Shown: positions 60,391-64,000 of the stretch, piece after piece | How the letters are laid out: each line of letters opens with the position of its first letter | Position numbering within the stretch: the first letter of the stretch is position 1 | Assembly: GCA_043228905.1 (NCBI GenBank) | Contig: JBHGNT010000022.1 | Coordinates: 11,842,001 to 11,906,000 of the forward strand | DNA length: 64,000 nt | Direction of reading: 5' to 3' | From: Azolla caroliniana | Lineage: Eukaryota; Plantae; Polypodiophyta | Position numbers and translations under genes: made by a program | Notes under the pieces: generated by a model | Database searches by the model: none | What the model was told of the DNA's origin: nothing | Seen by the model: the letters and a program-made list of their open reading frames with translations, nothing else

Positions 60391-63300
60391 TGACGGATTC
60401 ATATAAAACGGTTTTGGAATGTGAGCTGCCTGTGAGTGATAATATGGCTGGATTCTTATTTTCTAAAGTTTGTATATGGTATTTCTTGTTCTTTACCATG
60501 GTAAATGTTGATGCAGATCAACATGAAAGATTTCTTCATGATGTTCTTCTTGAATGATTCACTGAAGTTCTTTGAATCATTTCACAAAAAATGTGGAGAT
60601 CAAGGCAAGAAGACTGTAAATTCTACATCTTTAATATGAATATAATTCATTTGCTGTATTCGTATTGAATTATGCGGATATACCCATTAATTTTATAGGT
60701 TGATAATGCAACTTTTGAAACATGAATCTGATATGCTCAAATCAAAACTAATCCCTATGAACTTTAAATTTGTTGAAAGGTTTTGGAAAGCTCATTCTAT
60801 CCCTTGCGTTTTGGCTCTTTTCCACCCATTACGTGCAACTGGCTAACATTTTGGGCAGGGCTAGGAATCTCTAATGTGTTAAGCCTACATTTGTGTCTGC
60901 TAGATCCATCAAATGCATGGTTTCTCAATTGGTGCCAATCCTACGTTTGGCTCTCCTAGATCCATCAAATGCACCTTAATTATTTTATCATGCGGATAGT
61001 ACATTTATCACCTACAGTTAACATATCAATTGAGGTGCAGTTTTCATCTACTACAATTAAAAGAGTTAAGTTTCAATGAAAACATGATGATGGCCAAATG
61101 TAGCACTGTACCTGCTGAAGAAGGCAAGCTTCACTATCCACTAATATTTTTCAGTGTGGAAATTCTTTTTGAAGAGGCAAAATTTGGCCTCTTGGGCTTC
61201 ATTCATTCATCAATTTGTTTACTACCTTATTCTAGCCAGGCCAAAGAAGTATGTCTTACATTAGTTTCAAGCTTAAAGTGACCTGAGCTCTTATAATTGT
61301 TATTCTTTTATCCTCTTATATTTTACTTAAATTCTAAGTGTGTGGTCTATTAAGCTCATTTGATCTCCTCTAGCAGTACTACATGTTTTGAAAGTCAGTA
61401 AGCACATTCTGTTTCAGCATTCCCTCTCTTGTCATTTGCCTGATTTAAAAGATATTGAAAAAAAGAAACTTCTGTTTATAACTGCTTCCATGGAATGGAG
61501 GGTTCTGTATTGAAATAATGGTTGAAACATATTTCATTGATTTATGTGTGCAAGAGAAAAAATTAGATGCACAAAAATTGGATTCTGGACATATTGATTA
61601 CACAGTATTTTATTGTGGCACGATGATTTTATTGGTGTTTTTCTTGATTTTGAAGATTTTCGGTGCACAAATTGGGCAAAAGGTCAACATTTTGGTGGTC
61701 ATGTGCGAGACGTTTCTTTTCGGCATCCTGTCAAGGTCTATTTTGGTAAGGTACCCCTACAAAATTCTATTTTGTACAATTTCGTGATTTCAAACTCATA
61801 TGCTTCTGTCAGGCCCCAAAGCTAGTAACTGTCAAGAGGTTCAAAGATATCGTGTATACCGGGATAGGTATATACTATCCTTCCCATGTGTCACCCAAGT
61901 AGGTTTCATGTTTTTTAGATAGAAGGTAACATTGTCACAAAATTTAATTTTCATGCAGTCACCTAGTTGTAGAGACTTCACAACAAATGAATGACATACC
62001 TTACGGTGATTATTTTCATGTGGAGGCAAGGGTTCTTGCTGAATTTCTTGTTTTATATTTAACTGGCGCAGCAACCTGGTTAATTGAAATTTATCATTCT
62101 ACAGGGGCATTGGGATGTTTATCCATTGGTTGGCAAAGAAACACCCAGTTGTGTGGTTCGGGTTTTTGTTAATGTTTCCTTCTCCAAGAAAACAGTCTGG
62201 AAAGGTAAAATATTGACGATTTTGTCAATACACAGTGGTAAAGCATTGACTTTTTTGTTATGAAAAGAATCTGTATTTACCTCTGTAGTTTGAGTGGCAT
62301 ATGTTTCTTGTATAAGTCATCTTGCGTGTAAAGCTACATGACACTATCCATTATTATGGACGAAGTGATGAAATTTCGATGATTGTAGTGCATTGACTTC
62401 AATTATTTAACAGGTAAGATCGAGCAGGGCACTTTTGAAGAATGTAAGGAGGTTTATGGCACTTGGTTGGGTGAGGTAATGATCTTATATAAGGGCAGGA
62501 ACCACTTGTCTGCATGTCTTGGAGCTAGTTATTTGATGCAGAAGCTATATTGCTACATATGTTTTTGCTCTTTTTTTTACCTGGCACATGTTTTTTTCCT
62601 TTTTTTACCTGGCCTTGGCTCCTGCATATCATGCACCATTTACTCACCATGTTCATTGTGTTCTAATTGAAAGTTGATGAACAATAAACTGATGGATCCC
62701 ATGGTTCAGGCATTTAAATGTTTGCAGGAGAAAGGTTTGATTGATAGTAAACCAATAAAAGTTGACAATGTCAGCCAGACTAATGCGATAGGTAATTGCT
62801 CTTTATGTTCGTTCTCTTGTAAATCTTATGGTAATTACATTTTTTCTTGTCCAAACTCCCAACTGGAATGCCAAACAGATGCCATTTTCTGATGCATATC
62901 ATGCATGTTATATTGTTTTAGGATCTCCAAGAACAAAATCAAAAGTGAAACGGAAGTCTGAACTTGGAAATGGGCAAATTCAAGGCCAAGAGAAAGTTTC
63001 AACACCAGCATCCCAGGAAACTAAACAAATGCTCATAACTTTGGCTTCACAGCCAAGTAAAGAATCAGACGTTCTGCAGCAGCATGATGATTTTGTAACT
63101 CGTCTTGGCTTTACCGACTCAAAAAAGCTTATTGTTGTTATCTGCATATTGGCAGTATTGGTACTCATACAGACAGGGATTATTATAACTCTATCAAGTT
63201 CATCAAAGGTGCAATATGTACCCATTAGCCTACAAAAGCGTGCCACAGTTTACTATGAGTCATTTGCTGGGAATTCTCAACGACGTGATTTAACATGGCT

Positions 63301-63451
63301 GGAAGATTCTGCAAGGCTATTGGAAGAAGAAATAAACATAGCAGAGGCACGAATAGAGAGTTTGCAGAATTCCTTGGGTATCTTGAAAAGCAATTTCAAG
63401 TTGGTTGAGAAGTCGGTTTATAATTCAGGATTAGCTCCTGAGATCACTTGA
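60391..63451 (+). CDS. VAD1: VAD1-like protein (VASt domain, transmembrane helix, coiled coil): last 9 exons; 5' GRAM-domain exons not seen in the window
   Basis: Exons 60391-60431, 60517-60604, 61656-61745, 61813-61867, 61959-62025, 62105-62204, 62414-62475, 62710-62791 and 62922-63451 join in phase without stops. The sequence resembles the Arabidopsis VAD1 VASt domain as I recall it (FESFHKKCGD, VSFRHPVKVYFG, SHLVVETSQ, VNVSFSKKTVWKGKI). TM segment LIVVICILAVLVLIQTGIIITL and a C-terminal heptad region follow. Confidence 0.82.
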
Positions 63452-64000
63452 AATCCTAGCTAAAAATGCAGAAGCATTTATACAAAATCCACTAATCACT
63501 GTCCATGGCACATATCTTCCCTCTGTTGATCGAAGCATTTATACAAAATCTCTGAATCAGTATCCACATCAATCTGTCTCTTTGCTGAGAAAATATTCGA
63601 GATTGACGGAAGGGGTTTTCAAGGATTGCTATCCAAATGATGATGTTTTTTCTTCTGATAGTCTTAATACAACCATCACTGTACAAAGTCAATAAGCATG
63701 ACTCAAATATCATTGTGCATTGTATCCATGACATCTCTAAATACCTTGTTCATTGTTTTTCAAATGCTTCTCCTTTGAACATCAGAAGACATTCGATGCA
63801 ACAGCTTTCTTGACAAAGAGATAAAGGGGAAACTTCATGCATCTGTTTTTATAGAGTAAATGTTTTGCATTTTGGGCACTGCGAGCAATCACCACAATTG
63901 TACCAAGAGCTTTTTAATTCAACAAAAGCTTAAAACCTCATCATCAATTTTTTTGTGGTGACATTCTCATCATGGTCTATGTAGTATAATAATAATAATA

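Noticed and set aside
62828-62921. N-terminus of the 207-aa ORF as an independent gene
   Set aside because: This part lies in the last VAD1-like intron; the real exon starts at the AG acceptor before 62922.
1-64000. Multi-enzyme terpenoid biosynthetic gene cluster
   Set aside because: No P450, prenyltransferase, dehydrogenase or transporter genes were recognised in the window; only cyclase paralogs and a VAD1-like gene.

Overview
Eukaryotic nuclear DNA from a land plant, most likely a non-seed plant such as a fern (inference from microbial-type terpene synthases, a spliceosomal VAD1-like gene and plant-type retroelements). The dominant feature is a cluster of intronless microbial terpene synthase-like (MTPSL) genes with DDxxD (DDIED), R-sensor, NSE (NDIVSCHME) and WxxxxxRY motifs: seven catalytic-domain copies plus one 5' relic. 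Four copies lie in a near-identical 4409-bp tandem array (~38.6-54.9 kb) with an alternating ABAB SNP pattern, two are nonsense pseudogenes, and two differ from the full-length form by clean N-terminal deletions. The first and last copies are each followed by part of a 5'-truncated VAD1-like (VASt domain) gene, forming a ~58-59 kb-spaced segmental duplication. The middle of the window is a transposon nest: a hAT element with an 8-bp TSD contains a chromodomain Ty3/gypsy, which contains a Ty1/copia, which is fused by deletion to a second nested copia. There are also two more hAT-like MITEs, a truncated copia, solo LTRs, a long-TIR foldback element, LINE remnants and a second chromovirus fragment. 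No rRNA, intact tRNA or CRISPR array was seen. Coordinates were counted by eye and may be off by a few bases.
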